DNA of 64,000 bases from Eledone cirrhosa (taxonomy: Eukaryota). The DNA is taken from assembly GCA_964016885.1 (NCBI GenBank), contig OZ024742.1, positions 107,508,001-107,572,000 on the forward strand, read 5' to 3'. Position numbers and translations under genes: made by a program. This document shows, in pieces, positions 43,615 through 56,780 of the stretch (positions within the stretch are counted from its first letter, which is position 1; each line of letters opens with the position of its first letter). The notes below the pieces were generated by a model. That model ran no database searches. It was not told the DNA's origin and saw only the letters and a list, made by a program, of their open reading frames with translations.

Positions 43615-43875
43615 TACAATGATATTAAATAAATGGAAACTATATTTATAAAACCATATTTATTCTATCATATATATTTCAAGGGTACCAAAACTTTGGT
43701 ACGCTTTCATCAGATAAAATACAAAGTTTGTTTTATAAATTTTGACATAACCAAGAAAAGATGCCTTAACGGTTGAACCGTTAAGGTGTCTTTTATTTTT
43801 AAATTTATAAAACAAACTTTGTATTTTATCTGATGAAAGCGTACCAAAGTTTTGGTACGCTTGAAATATATATAA
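43615..43875. mobile_element. Fold-back element with an HHR in each arm; right arm continues at 46901-46952
   Basis: UAUUUUAU-CUGAUGA-AAGCGUACCAA aguu UUGGUACGCUU-GAAA-UAUAUA-UA^ at 43822-43875 (+) and 43661-43721 (-); third copy at 48351-48414 (-). Confidence 0.85.
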
Positions 43876-44247
43876 CTAGACCTGAAAAATGCGCAAGCTC
43901 AAAAGAGCCACAGAATGTTTTAATAAACCTTCAAAAGTGTGGGATTAGAGTTGTTGCTCAAAAATATTGTAATCATTATCTATCGTACATTCTGTGGCAT
44001 CCTTTTATAAAAAAGAGACTCATAACGAACTCAAGACGACACGATAATTATTTAAATGAATTTATAATATAGAATTCGGTTTAAGTGCATTTCGTATTAA
44101 TCATTACTAAGCATCTAATATGAGATATTGAACATTAGCTTAAACCAACCATGCCTTTCTTTTTACACTATTTCACTTAGTTCATTCTTAGAGTGTAACA
44201 TAAAAATATGATTTACAACTATAAAATAAATAAATTATTATAATAAC

Positions 44248-44333
44248 AGGGCTGCAGAACTGAAATTAGGAAATAATGGAGTATCGGATCCGGAGTTGGA
44301 GCCAGCCAATTTTTGGCCGACTCCGCAGCCATG
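44248..44333. mobile_element. Tiny hAT-like MITE remnant nested in the Helitron
   Basis: CAGGGCTGCAGA ... CCGACTCCGCAGCCATG termini. Confidence 0.45.
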
Positions 44334-45049
44334 TATAATACATTTCATATTAAAGTTATTAATAAACCTATTTTACACTGCATGCAAATTACCATGAGAT
44401 CATGATATTACATATAAAATACAGCCGAATATCTACATCTGTAATAGTACGAAAGCGAAGTAATGATAAGTGGCTTAAGGTAATTCCAATATGAAAGTTT
44501 GCAGTGATAAAAATTTGATGACACAATACGATTGTTAATGTTATAGTTCGATGAAAATGTAACAATATATAACTAAATTATTTTAATATTAGTATATTTA
44601 TAAAATTATCATTATAGATTTGATCGTTCATATAAGCATCATATTAATTTTCAACACAATTATTTTGTTACTATGAGCATATGATAATAATATTACGTAA
44701 TTATTTATAGCTGTTATTACATTAAACATAGATGTATTTATTGTGATATTTTTATAAAGGATGCCACAGAATGTACGATAGATAATGATTACAATATTTT
44801 TGAGCAACAACTCTAGTCCCACACTTTTGAAGGTTTATTATAACATTCTGTGGCTCTTTTGAGCTTGCGCATTTTTCAGGTCTAGTTTAATATTTTTTAA
44901 GGCAACGCTTGTAATAACTCTAGTTAAACATGATATATATTAATAATAAATTATCGTTGTAAGAGCACACAGAAAATTGCGCATACCAACGGATCTGGAG
45001 AACACACTCTGCACGTGAATATGTGCCTCCTTGCGAAGATTGGTGTCGA

Positions 45050-45709
45050 TTATTGTCTTTTTATACGACTTAACAAATCTGTGCACCAAGATCTGATGCT
45101 GCATCCGGAAGTCAAGCATTTTTTCTGGTTTCCATATTCGATGCAAAGACCGCTTACGAAGAACATTTTTGTTTTATAGTAAGCTTTATGATAAGACTGT
45201 ATATTATCTTTATTGACAATTCTATACACAGCCTTTCTTTGCAATACTTTATCTCGCTTCGCAGATCTGTACTCGGCCTGCTTTTTAGCCAACTCGGTAC
45301 GTTTCCTAGCACTACGCTCGGCTTGTTTTTTTTAGATATAACGACTGAATTTGCAGATCTATACTCGGCCTGCTTGTTTGCCAACTCATGCTGTTTTGAA
45401 GATCTATGCTCGGCCTGTTTTTGCTTTATTTTAGCCGAATTCGCAGCTCTATAATCGGCCTGTTTTTGTCTCAATTTCTCCCGATTCCGCATCCGGTAAG
45501 CTGCTTTCGCGTCCAATTTAATACGCCTGTCTGGCAGATTATTGGCACAGCAATGCGAACAAGCTTGTGGGACCGCATGATTGTAAGAAGATGAACTGCC
45601 CGCAACATCAAGACTCAATTCACAAGTCCGGCACTGCTCATTCACATCGGCAGTGGGGACACCAAAATCGATGACGGGTCCCGATTCACTTGCGGGATAC
45701 ATCACGAAC
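45050..45709 (-). pseudogene. Helitron-borne frameshifted exon: Cys pairs plus 15-aa KQAEYRS repeats
   Basis: Acceptor TTTGCAG|G at 45710, CRTC and CSHC motifs, about 7 repeats across ORFs 45154-45705 and 45050-45292 (frameshift in an A-run). Confidence 0.7.
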
Positions 45710-46732
45710 CTGCAAATAAATACTTATTAGTAGCTTAAATAAATACAAAATAAGAGGAAATAACATTTGTCATACTTATGTTCAGATATAAATACGCCAA
45801 TTTGCGATCGAATATATTAATAATATCAAAATTTTTAAACGCACGTGACACCTGTAGTTGACTATCATAGTAAACTAAGTACATTAAATTAAAAATTGAT
45901 ATTTTTGCGCACAAATTTCAAAAATATGAAATTTTACAATTACAAGGTTATTTTAGAACACAATTTTACAATTACAAAGTTATTTTAGATCAAAATTACA
46001 CAAATTTACAATTACAAAGTTATTTTTGAATCAAAATTACAAAGTTTACAATCATAATATAACTGCCAGATCACTATAAATTATCAATTTATTATTGAAT
46101 ATACGCTATCTTGGAGTGTTTTAAAATTTTTTACAAACAAAAATTTACAAACTTTTGTAAAAGCGATAGTTTTAAAAATATTTTTACAAACTTTTACAAA
46201 CAAAATTAAAAAAAAATTATTTTTACAAATTTTTACAAACAAAGTTTTTAGAAAAATTATTCTTACAAATTTTTACAAAGAAAGTGCAGTTTATATTACA
46301 ATCCGAACCTTGCCTATATTCCATTACACTATATAAAGAGGAACAAGATACAAAGATATTAAATAAATATATTTTACATAATAATTGTTATAGTTGAATT
46401 AATAAAAATTAAATATTACATACAAATAGTCTAACATAATAATAAAAAAATAATCTAATATAATAATAATAAAATAATCTAACATAAAACGAACAATAAT
46501 ATGGACAATAAATATGATACAACCAACATTATAAGCATGTTATAACGAACTGAAAAAAAAATAGTTAATATAAATTTAAAAAATCATATATAAATTAACA
46601 ATATAACTTACCAAAACGAGAAAAATATTTTGATGATAAAACGACAAAATACAGGAGAGAGATTCGAAAGCGAAACGATAAATAAACGTGCAAACAAAAC
46701 GCTTTTGAGCAACAATTACTCTCGTTGGTTGA

Positions 46733-46770
46733 TTAGCCAATAAGACGATGAAATTAGCCAATAAGACGAT
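46733..46770. promoter_or_regulatory. Tandem CCAAT boxes near the Helitron 5' end
   Basis: TTAGCCAATAAGACGAT occurs twice, ~130-170 bp inside the TC terminus. Confidence 0.35.
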
Positions 46771-46949
46771 ACATTACAAAACATGTTTGGAAGGAATCGC
46801 CACGGCCAGCGATACCCCTTGAATCTTTTATTCACAAGCTACGCATATATTGTCAGACAACATGCAGACTTAAAACATTCTGTTGTTAGTCACTAACAGA
46901 TAGAATAAATATGGTTTTATAAATATAGTTTCCATTTATTTAATATCAT

Positions 46950-47127
<178 letters not shown>

Positions 47128-47240
47128 AAGGCATGTATTGAGTTACAAACTCAAAATAGTCTCATTACAGTAAATTAGCTCTAAGAAAGAGGTTTTTCGA
47201 GCCGTATAGTATAACTGAACAAAAAAGATAAACGAACACA

Positions 47241-47315
<75 letters not shown>

Positions 47316-47317
<2 letters not shown>

Positions 47318-47530
47318 CTTCGCCTCGCCGAGCTGGTCTTCACCCTTAACTGATTCTCCTTCTCGGGTGAATTTTACCAGAAGGTCACTGGGGTAGCCAT
47401 GGGCACAAGAATGGGCCCCAACTATGCCAACCTTTTCGTTGGCCATGTTGAGGCCCAAATTTTTGCCCAATACACCGGCTCCACGCCCGAACTGTACGGT
47501 CGGTACATCAACGACTGCATCGGAGACACG

Positions 47531-47532
<2 letters not shown>
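47316..47532 (+). mobile_element. Isolated PLE RT fragment embedded in (TA)n
   Basis: Near-identical reverse complement of ~39592-39807. Confidence 0.9.
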
Positions 47533-47620
<88 letters not shown>

Positions 47621-47633
47621 GTATATATATATA

Positions 47634-48232
47634 TCGCGGGGAGAAACAGGACAAAGAAACATGCAAGTGAGTAACCGTGAAAAAATAGGATAAGTAAGTT
47701 ATCGCAAACCTGGTAGACATAAGCCTGGTTGGGTGTATATATATATATCACTTCCGGTTTCCGTGTCTCTCTCTTCTACGATGGAGTCAACATGCTAATA
47801 CCGTCCTCCTGTTAGCACACCCAACCAGGCTTATGTCTACCAGGTTTGCGATAACTTACTTATCCTATTTTTTCACGGTTACTCACTTGCATGTTTCTTT
47901 GTCCTGTTTCTCCCCGCGATGGGATCTGTTCACCTGTTTTTTTCTCTTTTTTCTCTTTCTTCCTCTCTCCTCACCCCATTCCCCCTTTGTTCTTCCTCTT
48001 TTCCTTCTTTTTCCTTCCCTTTTCTCTTCTTTTCCTCCTGGCCTTTTGATTAAGAAAAGGCCTCGGGCACACCGCGGATCGCTACAGATGTCCTGTAAAT
48101 AAGCGCCGAAACATCTGGATCGCGGATTACAGCTGACGAAGGATTCTTTCTTCTTTTCTCCTCTTGTTCCGTCCAAACCACCATCCTAAACCTTGTTTTT
48201 AGTAACCATACAGCTCCTTTCGTTTCTTATGA
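47634..48232 (+). mobile_element. pLTR-like element with a ~100 bp inverted 5' segment and a permuted HHR
   Basis: 47634-47736 is the reverse complement of 47817-47920; microsatellite flanks. Confidence 0.7.
48072..48144 (+). ncRNA. Non-circularly permuted hammerhead, second family
   Basis: CCGCGGAUC-gcua-CAGAUGUC^CUGUAA-auaagcgcc-GAAACAUCUG-GAUCGCGG-a-UUACAG-CUGACGA-AGGAU. Confidence 0.7.
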
Positions 48233-48234
48233 TT

Positions 48235-48309
<75 letters not shown>

Positions 48310-49469
48310 AAGATATTAATAAATGGAAACTATATTTATAAAACCATATTTATTTTATTATATATATTCAAGGGCGACCAAGCCAATCTTGGTGCGCTTT
48401 CATCAGATAAAATACAAAATTTGTTTTATAAATAACGACATACCCATGGAAATCAACCTTAACGGTCAGAAATTCGCTGGATAGTGGAAACTTATTAGGG
48501 GTAATTCAAAGTTATGTGTGAATATGCAAATGAATGTATGAAAATATAGAAAAAACAACCGTTTATTTAAATTACGCTGGAGAGAGATAGGGAAGAAAGA
48601 GAAGAAAGAGAGAGAGAAAAAGAAATTACTGTTATGAGATAGATAGAGAAATAGAGAGAAGAAAGAAATTTATCAGAGGATGAACTCATGTAACGTAAAT
48701 AAGTCTTAAGTTTATATAAAGTTTATGCGTAAATGTGCATATAAATTTACACATTTGATCATAAACCTATGTAAACATGCCAAAAATACGAATTTCCCTG
48801 AACACTTTCAATCGATTTTCGGACCAAATTGGGTCCCCATTAGAAGGTATAAATATCGTTTAATCTGTGTATAGCAGTTTATTGGGAGGAGCGTTCCTAT
48901 CTTTAAGTGGTATACATAATGTACGAAGTCGGCAGATTGGCAGAGTCGTTAGGGCGTCGGACTAAAACGGCTCCGACACTCTGTACTCTCGGTCCAAATC
49001 CCGATGAGGTCAACTTTGCCTTTCATCCTTTCAAGGTCGCTAAATAAAGGACTAGCCCAGGACTGGAGTCGATTCTCTTTCGCTAAAGAAGAAATTGGCT
49101 GTATTCCAGCCTGTAGAACGATGCTCAAGACATGTCATGTATCATGACGGCGCCCCTTCCCCCCATGACTCAACCAGGAGTTAAGGTGTCTTTTACCTTA
49201 TCCAATTAATGTGTCGCCTCGTTTAACAACCTCCCTCTGACGCTTGTGTGTGCCTGTAACAGACTCTATGATGTTATAAGCATACGGAGCCAAGTATCTG
49301 CTCCAGTGATAGCACTCTCTCCATTCACTCGTTTTAGAGAGTCTGGTAAATACCACGAGTGCTGTGTTTCCTGTGACTTGCTATAAAATTGTGAGTGAAA
49401 GTGAGCTCAAACATCGCTACCCCAATGATATGGACTCAGACGGCGCGAGGGAGCATTTTCTGGCGTGTG

Positions 49470-49630
49470 GTAGTCTAGGAAGTGGTCGCCTCAGAATAGA
49501 GAAAACGTTGTCCCGGAAGGTGGCGAGGGAGACGCGCGCGTTGGAATAGCTATTCCAGATCACGGGGCTCTCTCATGCGGGTGGCCAACTCCGTCCCGAC
49601 AGTAATGTGTAGGGAGGTGGTTCGAGAGCC
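49470..49630 (-). mobile_element. CRE-like endonuclease C-terminal fragment
   Basis: FQRASPSP-type frameshifted FQR...FRDNVFSIL, homologous to 59880-60190. Confidence 0.55.
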
Positions 49631-50856
49631 AAGAAAGTTATGTATTATGAGAATACAATTAATAATTCTTTCTACTTTAGGCACAAGTCCAGCAATTTGA
49701 AGAGAAGGGGAAACTCGATTAAATCGACCCCCAGTGTGTAACTGGTACTTCATTTTATCGACCCCGTAAGGATGAAAGGCAAAGCTAATCTCGACGGGAT
49801 TTGAATTCAGAACGTAAAGAGACGTAACTATGCCGCGAAGCAGGGTGTCCGACGCTCCACCGATTCTGCCAATCCACCGCCCTGATAGTACAATTAATAA
49901 TTGTTTCTACTTTTGGCACAAGGCCAGCAATTACCCAGTACTTTATTTTATCGACCCCGTAAGGACGAAAGGCAAAGTTAACTTCGGCGGGATTTGAACT
50001 CAGAATGGCAAGGGCAATAATGAATGATATATTTTTTGGCTCTCACATTCTCGTTACGATTTCAGTAAAAACTACTTAACTATGGTGGTACTTATATGTT
50101 TTATACTCACCCTCTCTCTTCCTCTCACTATATCTCTCTCACTCTTACTATTTCTCTCTCTCTCTCTATATATATATATGTCTATCTCTGTCTTTCTCCC
50201 CCTCTCTCTCTGTCTGTCACTATCTTTTTTACCACTCTCTCTTCCTCTCTCATTTGTTTTTTAATACCCCATTCAACCTCTGCCTTTTCTCTTTATAATT
50301 TCTGTCAAAATTACTGAAGCAATTCTTTAAGTTTTACCTATCCTCACCCTCACTGTCTATTTACCTATCTATCTGTCTCCTTCACTCTCCTCCTCTCACT
50401 TCCCCTCTCTTCTCCCTCTCCTTACTTCTCTCTCATTTCCATTCACACTCTCTCTTTCTCTCTCTCTCTGTTTATCTCTCATTTCTTGTATTTCATATAT
50501 ATTTCAATCTCCATCTTTTCCTTTCTCTCCTGTGTGTTAAGACATTTTCAAGGTAAATGTTTCCAAAATAATCCCTTCACTGCCACCGTGTAATGTTATG
50601 TAATGAACAGTTACAGCCATTTATGATCTGAGTTCAAACCCCGCCGAGGTTAACTTTGCCTTTCATCCCTACGGGGTCGATAAAATAAAGTACCAGTAAT
50701 GCACTGGGTAATTGCTGGTCTTGTGCCAAAAGTAGAAACAATTATTTTATAAGTATTATTTATACTACAGAGAATAGTATTTTACACGTACTGACAGGTA
50801 AGTCGTCTGGTCTAAAATAAGACTGCTATAATACTACACCAGACTGTACATAGCAC

Positions 50857-51026
50857 CAGACCTGTCAACTTTCCCTACCCGACGGGGAGATCTTCCACCC
50901 ACTTTGAAAATGGGTATAGATGATTTCATTATGTAAAATCTCCCCATTTTGCCTCATTTATCCCCGTTTTGGGGCACTTTTTTTCATGGTACTCCCCAAT
51001 TGAGGTTTTAGAGGTTGGCAGGTCTG
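50857..51026. mobile_element. MITE, TIR CAGACCTGYCAAC, 6-bp TSD
   Basis: Flanks TAGCAC/TAGCAT. Confidence 0.85.
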
Positions 51027-51717
51027 TAGCATGCCTGAATTGTTTAGAAGCTCACTTTGCAATCATCAGGCCCTGGGTTCGATCCCTCTGCGTGACATCT
51101 TGGGCATATATTATTTACCATATCTTCGGGTCGATCCATACTTTGTGAGCGAAATAGGGTAGACAGCAAATGTTTGGAAGCTCATAGGATGGATTGCAAT
51201 TGTAATTTCAAAGACCAGCCTTGTCACACGCAGTTATGCGAAATCCCCCTAAAGATTACGTTAAAGAGTAAAGGTGTCTGTGGAGTGCTCAGCGGTTCCT
51301 TTGATTGAACAACGTGAACACTTATCGTCAAAACCGATGGAGGTCCATTCCATTCTATTCCATTCTACTACTCTAGAGATATTCACCCAAACGCCAATAT
51401 ATTGCCTGCAGGCATGGTCCCTGATTTCGTGACAGTGTGAAAGGGGCGCCGCCGTGAAATACGGCGTGTTTTGGATATTTTAAGCCCCATCACTCTCCAA
51501 GTCTGAACACAACCAATTTCTTCTAGAGAAAACGAAAGAGAAAGCAATAGAAAGTGAGAAAGAGATAGAGAGTAAGAATCGAAGCGAGTACTGAACCGGT
51601 AGTTTATTGATCGATCTGGAATGATTGAAAGGCACAGTTAACTTCGGTGGGATTGGAACTCAGAACAATGTTGTGTGAGAACAAATACTGCGACGCATTC
51701 TATCTGACGCTCTAATG

Positions 51718-52251
51718 TAGCGTTTCTCAACCAGTGTTCCCCGGAAGCCTCGAGTCCATCAAGTGGTCGCTAGTGATTCCGCGAGAAACAGTGATAAATA
51801 AGCTAATGCATTTTTGAGTCATTTTTGTTTAATTTTATATTCGTAATTTAACTATACACATACGTCATATTGTTGGAAAATACTTGGTTATTATAATAAA
51901 GGCTTCAAGGGCAATATCGGTAGAGGGTCGGACGCCATGCTTTTGAGCTTAGAGTTACGGCCCTTTATGATCTGAGTTCAAATCCCGCCGAGGTTAACCT
52001 TGCCTTTCATCCTTACGGGGTCGATAAAATAAAGTACCAGTAATGCACTAGGGTTGATTTAATCGACTTTCCCCTCCCCTAAAATTACCGGCTTTGTGCC
52101 TATATAAGAAACCATTATAATAAAGGCTTTAACCTCTTATATTAAGAGATAGATATTAATAACGACATATAACAATTTTTATGCAAGGGTTCGTTGAGAC
52201 ACGAAAACTATTTCAAGGGTTCCACAAGAGTAAAAAGGTTGAGAAACATTG
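51718..52251. mobile_element. hAT/Charlie-like MITE with a nested SINE
   Basis: TAGCGTTTCTCAACC ... GGTTGAGAAACATTG; degenerate 8-bp TSD CTCTAATG/TTCTAACG; inner SINE has TSD ATTATAATAAAGGCTT (51890, 52114). Confidence 0.8.
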
Positions 52252-52653
52252 TTCTAACGTTTCTGCCTCATTTTGCCGTCTTCGCACACATATATTAATT
52301 ACATATATAATACTAATTCTGATCATGCTGAAGCCATCACTCACAGTTAGGGAGATGCAGATGAGACATGTCAAAAGCAGGCGGCATACATGATGATATC
52401 TTGTTCAAAACTGAGACGTAATGAAATTTGATTTAAGTAAATGGGAAATGAAAAACATATCCATAAGAAATATATATGCTGAATAATAGCAATATCTTTA
52501 CACTTATCAATTCGTATTTATTTACAGTTAGTGTTTGTTTACAACCTTCTCATTTAATATGTGTCTTTTGTTATGCATGGCTTTTAATATTTTTCTTCTA
52601 AAGTAGGCAGTGGTATACCAGAGAAATCAATATATTGTCGGGGAGTAAATCTA

Positions 52654-52687
<34 letters not shown>

Positions 52688-52716
52688 CATATCTATTTAT
52701 ATCTCTCTCTTTCTCC

Positions 52717-52789
<73 letters not shown>

Positions 52790-53513
52790 TATAAATATAT
52801 GCACATATTACGTTCTGCGCTAAGTAACCGAGGCATATGATAAAATTATGTCTGCATATATACAGAATAGAGGTAAATGTATATAAAAATATACTTATTT
52901 TTACTATATAAAAATGGAAACATGTCAAATGTACGTACTTCTCAGGAAATTGAAAAACATATAATACCGTAAGCGATTTTCCAACCTTGTTGGTTTTTCA
53001 ACAAAGATGTATATATATCATCTATGTATATATATCATCTAAACAACCACAAGGAAATATGCAATCAAGGGGCTTATATATCTTATCCAATGAAATCCCA
53101 ACTATGTTCGAAACATTTACAGGGAAGTACGAATATAATACTAAATATCTGTAAATTTATATACACATTTACGCAGACTCGGTTCCCTGTATATACCGAT
53201 ATAACTTTATCATTTATATATATTCGTGTTTATCGCTTCTTCTTTCTCTCCCAAACATCCAAAGCGCTTCTCCAATTTTTCTGTCTTCTGTTTAAGGACT
53301 AGCGTCCGAAACATTCAGATTCTTTTCTTAATATATCAAGCGTTAAACTAATATACCATCAAGTATATAGTATTGTATTGTACTGTTCTCCTGTGGTGTC
53401 CTTACTCGTTGACTTTTCTCATATATATATATGCATATGTATGTTTTTATATATATATATATGCATATGTATGTATGTATATATTCATACGTATGTATGT
53501 ATATATGTATATA

Positions 53514-53601
<88 letters not shown>

Positions 53602-54848
53602 TAGATAGATATTGGCAAACACACTTTATAAGTAAGATATTATTAGTGAGAATCACGTTGTTTTGCAGTCATCATTTTTACACAGACAAAAATGTGACAT
53701 TTTAAGAACAATGGATATTTTAGTAGCTTTAAGTTCACAGAAGTTATTAGGATTGGGAGGAATTCGAGAACGACTGAAAATAATTGAAAGAGATCAATTT
53801 CAGGCAATGATATCTTCTGAAATGAATTTCATAATGTTTTCTGTCATATTAGTGATCGAATTTCTTTTAATATAGCTCTGAAGGCGCATGGGTTGGTGTT
53901 TAGTGTGTTTGCTACTGCTAGGCTGATGAACTGTTACGACTGTAAAAAACATGTATACACCGTTCTTTTCCTGATTCAGATGTAGCTAAGATAACGAGAC
54001 TAAAATATATTGAACCTGAGACCTAATGGTTGCGAAGCGAACTTTATAACTGTTCGCCCATGTTGAGTCAACAGTCTATGGTGATAGGAATATTGGAATG
54101 GACTTTATTCAAATCTGGGACTGTAAGGGTTAACTACTCAGAGGTGAGATTCTTAATCCAGTTCTTCAGGCGATTGTTGATATTTAAAGATGGTTTATAT
54201 CAACACAAGTTGGGTTTCCGTGACTCCCATTGAAAACCACTTGACGAGAAAATTATAGATTCTACATTTTGACATATATCAATATATAAAAAAATGTAGA
54301 ATTAACTATAGTAAAATTCCTGTAGGAAAAATTCTATAGATAAAGAATATCCATACCTGTAAATATTTTTAAAGAAAAGTTTCTATAAAAATGCTTGCGG
54401 TGATATTTTTAAAATTCACAAATATATAAAAAATAAAAAATGATAAATAGAAATATTTTATTTTTGAATTGCATAGCTATAAAAGTTGGGTAAGAGTAAT
54501 TTACGCTAACTAGTTTTAGTCGAGGTTAATAACAGAAGGTATAAATACATTTTTGTTTAAGTTAACTCTACAAACATAGCAGTTAGTATGGCGATCTCTA
54601 TATTCTCTGCATAACATGGGTATGACGAAGGCCAAATCTCATCCCATTGTATCCAACTACCCGAGTTCAATTATTTATATTACAACCAAAGGGCATCTGG
54701 TATATATTTTCATAAAATACTGTTTGAGGGTTCATAGCTATGTCTCTGTTGTAAAAGTACTTTCCAAAGGCATACCGATTAAACAGCAAGATTAGGTAGA
54801 TATTTAAAAAAGTATATAATATTTCATATACAATTATAAAAATATTTG

Positions 54849-55041
54849 CAGACCTGTCAACTCTTTCCCTCCGACGGGGAGATCTTCTATCCACTTTGGG
54901 GTGGATGAGAGATGTCTTCTCTAGTGAAAATGGGTATAGTTTTCACATTGTAAAATCTTCACATTTTGCTTCATTTCTTCCCGTTTTGGGGCTCTTTTTT
55001 CATGATACTCCCCGTTGGATTTTTAGAGGTTGGCAGATCTG
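54849..55041. mobile_element. MITE, same family as 50857
   Basis: Same TIR; flanks TATTTG/TATTTG. Confidence 0.85.
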
Positions 55042-55559
55042 TATTTGGTCCATTCTAAAAAATTATGTTACTGAAAAACGTAAATCAGTTTTGAAATCCC
55101 CATTAAATATATTTGTTGATCAATCCTCAATATTTGGTTTGACCTTTGTAAGTGTAAACAGTGGCAGCCTGTGTTAATGTGCTATAATAGATATACTAAT
55201 GGAATCCGCTGTAATGGAATAGAATGGACCTCCGTTGGTTTCGACCATGAATGTTCTAATTGCTTCATCAGTGTTTTGTTCACTAACAAGTTATAACTGT
55301 TTGTGTAAAGCAAGATATCAGCCATGGAACAGCCTATTCGGGAAATTAACGTGTGACTGAGCGTGCCATAGACACTTGTAGCCATGACGTAATTCTCGAT
55401 GAGATTCAATGTGTTACGGTGTGTGACAAGTCTGACCTTTTGATTTTCAGGTACAGTTCATTCGATGGGTTTTCAAATATTTTCCTATTACCAAATTCAA
55501 CTTACAAGGATTGAATCGAATCGACTCAAGGCTATAATAAATGACACATGCCCCCAATG

Positions 55560-55753
55560 CAGACCTGTCAGCTCTCCCCGTCGGACGGGGAGATCTCCGA
55601 CTCACTTTGGGGTGGGTGAGAGATGTCTTCTCTTGTGAAAATGGATATAGCATTCATTACGTAAATATTCACCATTTTGCTTCATTTCTCCCCGTTTTGG
55701 GGCACTTTTTTCATTGTAATCCCCGTCTGGGTTTTTAGAAGTTGGCAGGTCTG
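55560..55753. mobile_element. MITE, same family as 50857
   Basis: Same TIR; flanks CCAATG/TCAATG. Confidence 0.85.
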
Positions 55754-56236
55754 TCAATGCCACACAGTGGGACATCAGTTGTATATCTGTAATTATGAAA
55801 TGTAATATTCTGTTTGGCATCCTGCTGGTTTGAATAATGAAAGCATTTCAATATTAGTGATGTTCAATAAATAATTGTTTCTACTTTTTGGCACAAGGCC
55901 AGCAATTATCCCCGTGAATCAACCCCGTAAGGATGAAAGGCAAAGTTAACCTCGACGGGATTTGAACTCAAACCGTAAAATAAATAATGTTGATTTTCTT
56001 ATATATTAGATTATAAATAATCACTGGACACCAATTATCTGTCTTATAGCTGAAATTTCTAGCAAATTAATTCCGAACAGCAGGAACTATAATTAAGTAA
56101 CCTACGTAACCCATGTGTCAACGGATTGAACGAATCAGTATTTATCAGTTGATGCTAAAGCACAGTGTTTCGGCTCATGAACATGGATATGTGTAAATAA
56201 GTACGTGTAAGTAAGAGAACAAATAAGAAAGATATA

Positions 56237-56434
56237 CAAGGGTCGGCTGAACATTTTATAAGCTGACTATGAAAGAGTGATGCTAGCGCTGTGAAATCTT
56301 GTATGCAACAATTTCAACTCTTTTCATTAATAACTGCATTGTTTCTTTCTAGGGACTATGTTGAAAAATAAACCTCATTTGGTCATTCAATGAGAGTATC
56401 TTGGTCAGCCTATGAGTTTTTTAGTCTGCCCTCG
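56237..56434. mobile_element. Mariner-type MITE
   Basis: TA|CAAGGGTCGGCTGAA...AGTCTGCCCTCG|TA. Confidence 0.7.
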
Positions 56435-56544
56435 TAAACTTGTTTCTTATGAATCTATTTGCACGTTTTCGATTTATACAATAACAGTTTCTAATTACGG
56501 CACACGGCCAGCAATTTTGGGAACAGGGTCTTTGGAGTAATATT

Positions 56545-56780
56545 ACTCGTAGAGTGCGTAGCTCGGAGATCAGAGAGTCACTCCAGATAGAGTCGCTACT
56601 TCTCCAAATTGAGAGATCACAGCTCCGATACTGTGGGCACATGGTTAGAATGTCCCAGGAAAGAATCGCGGGACAGATTTTACGGGCAAAACCAACCGGC
56701 AGGAGACCCAGCGGTAGACCTCGAGCAAGATGGTTGGATAACATCCCATGAGCTTGGCTAGTCTTGCGTCTGAAGAAGAA
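56545..56780 (+). mobile_element. RTE (Rex3/Expander-like) LINE 3' fragment
   Basis: IERSQLRYCGHMVRM...GRRPSGRPRARWLD, ends in GAAGAAGAA. Confidence 0.85.

Larger units (their letters stand above)
43876..46900 (-). mobile_element. Helitron, non-autonomous or internally deleted
   Basis: Minus strand reads A|TC...CTAG|T with no TSD and a subterminal hairpin GCTC-TTTT-GAGC; removing it rejoins the interrupted arm (GAAATATATATAA|TAGAATAAATATGG). Confidence 0.85.

Noticed and set aside
53288-53315. HHR-like CUGUUUA-A-GGAC uagc GUCC-GAAAC
   Set aside because: Two core substitutions and no stem I; at most a dead relic
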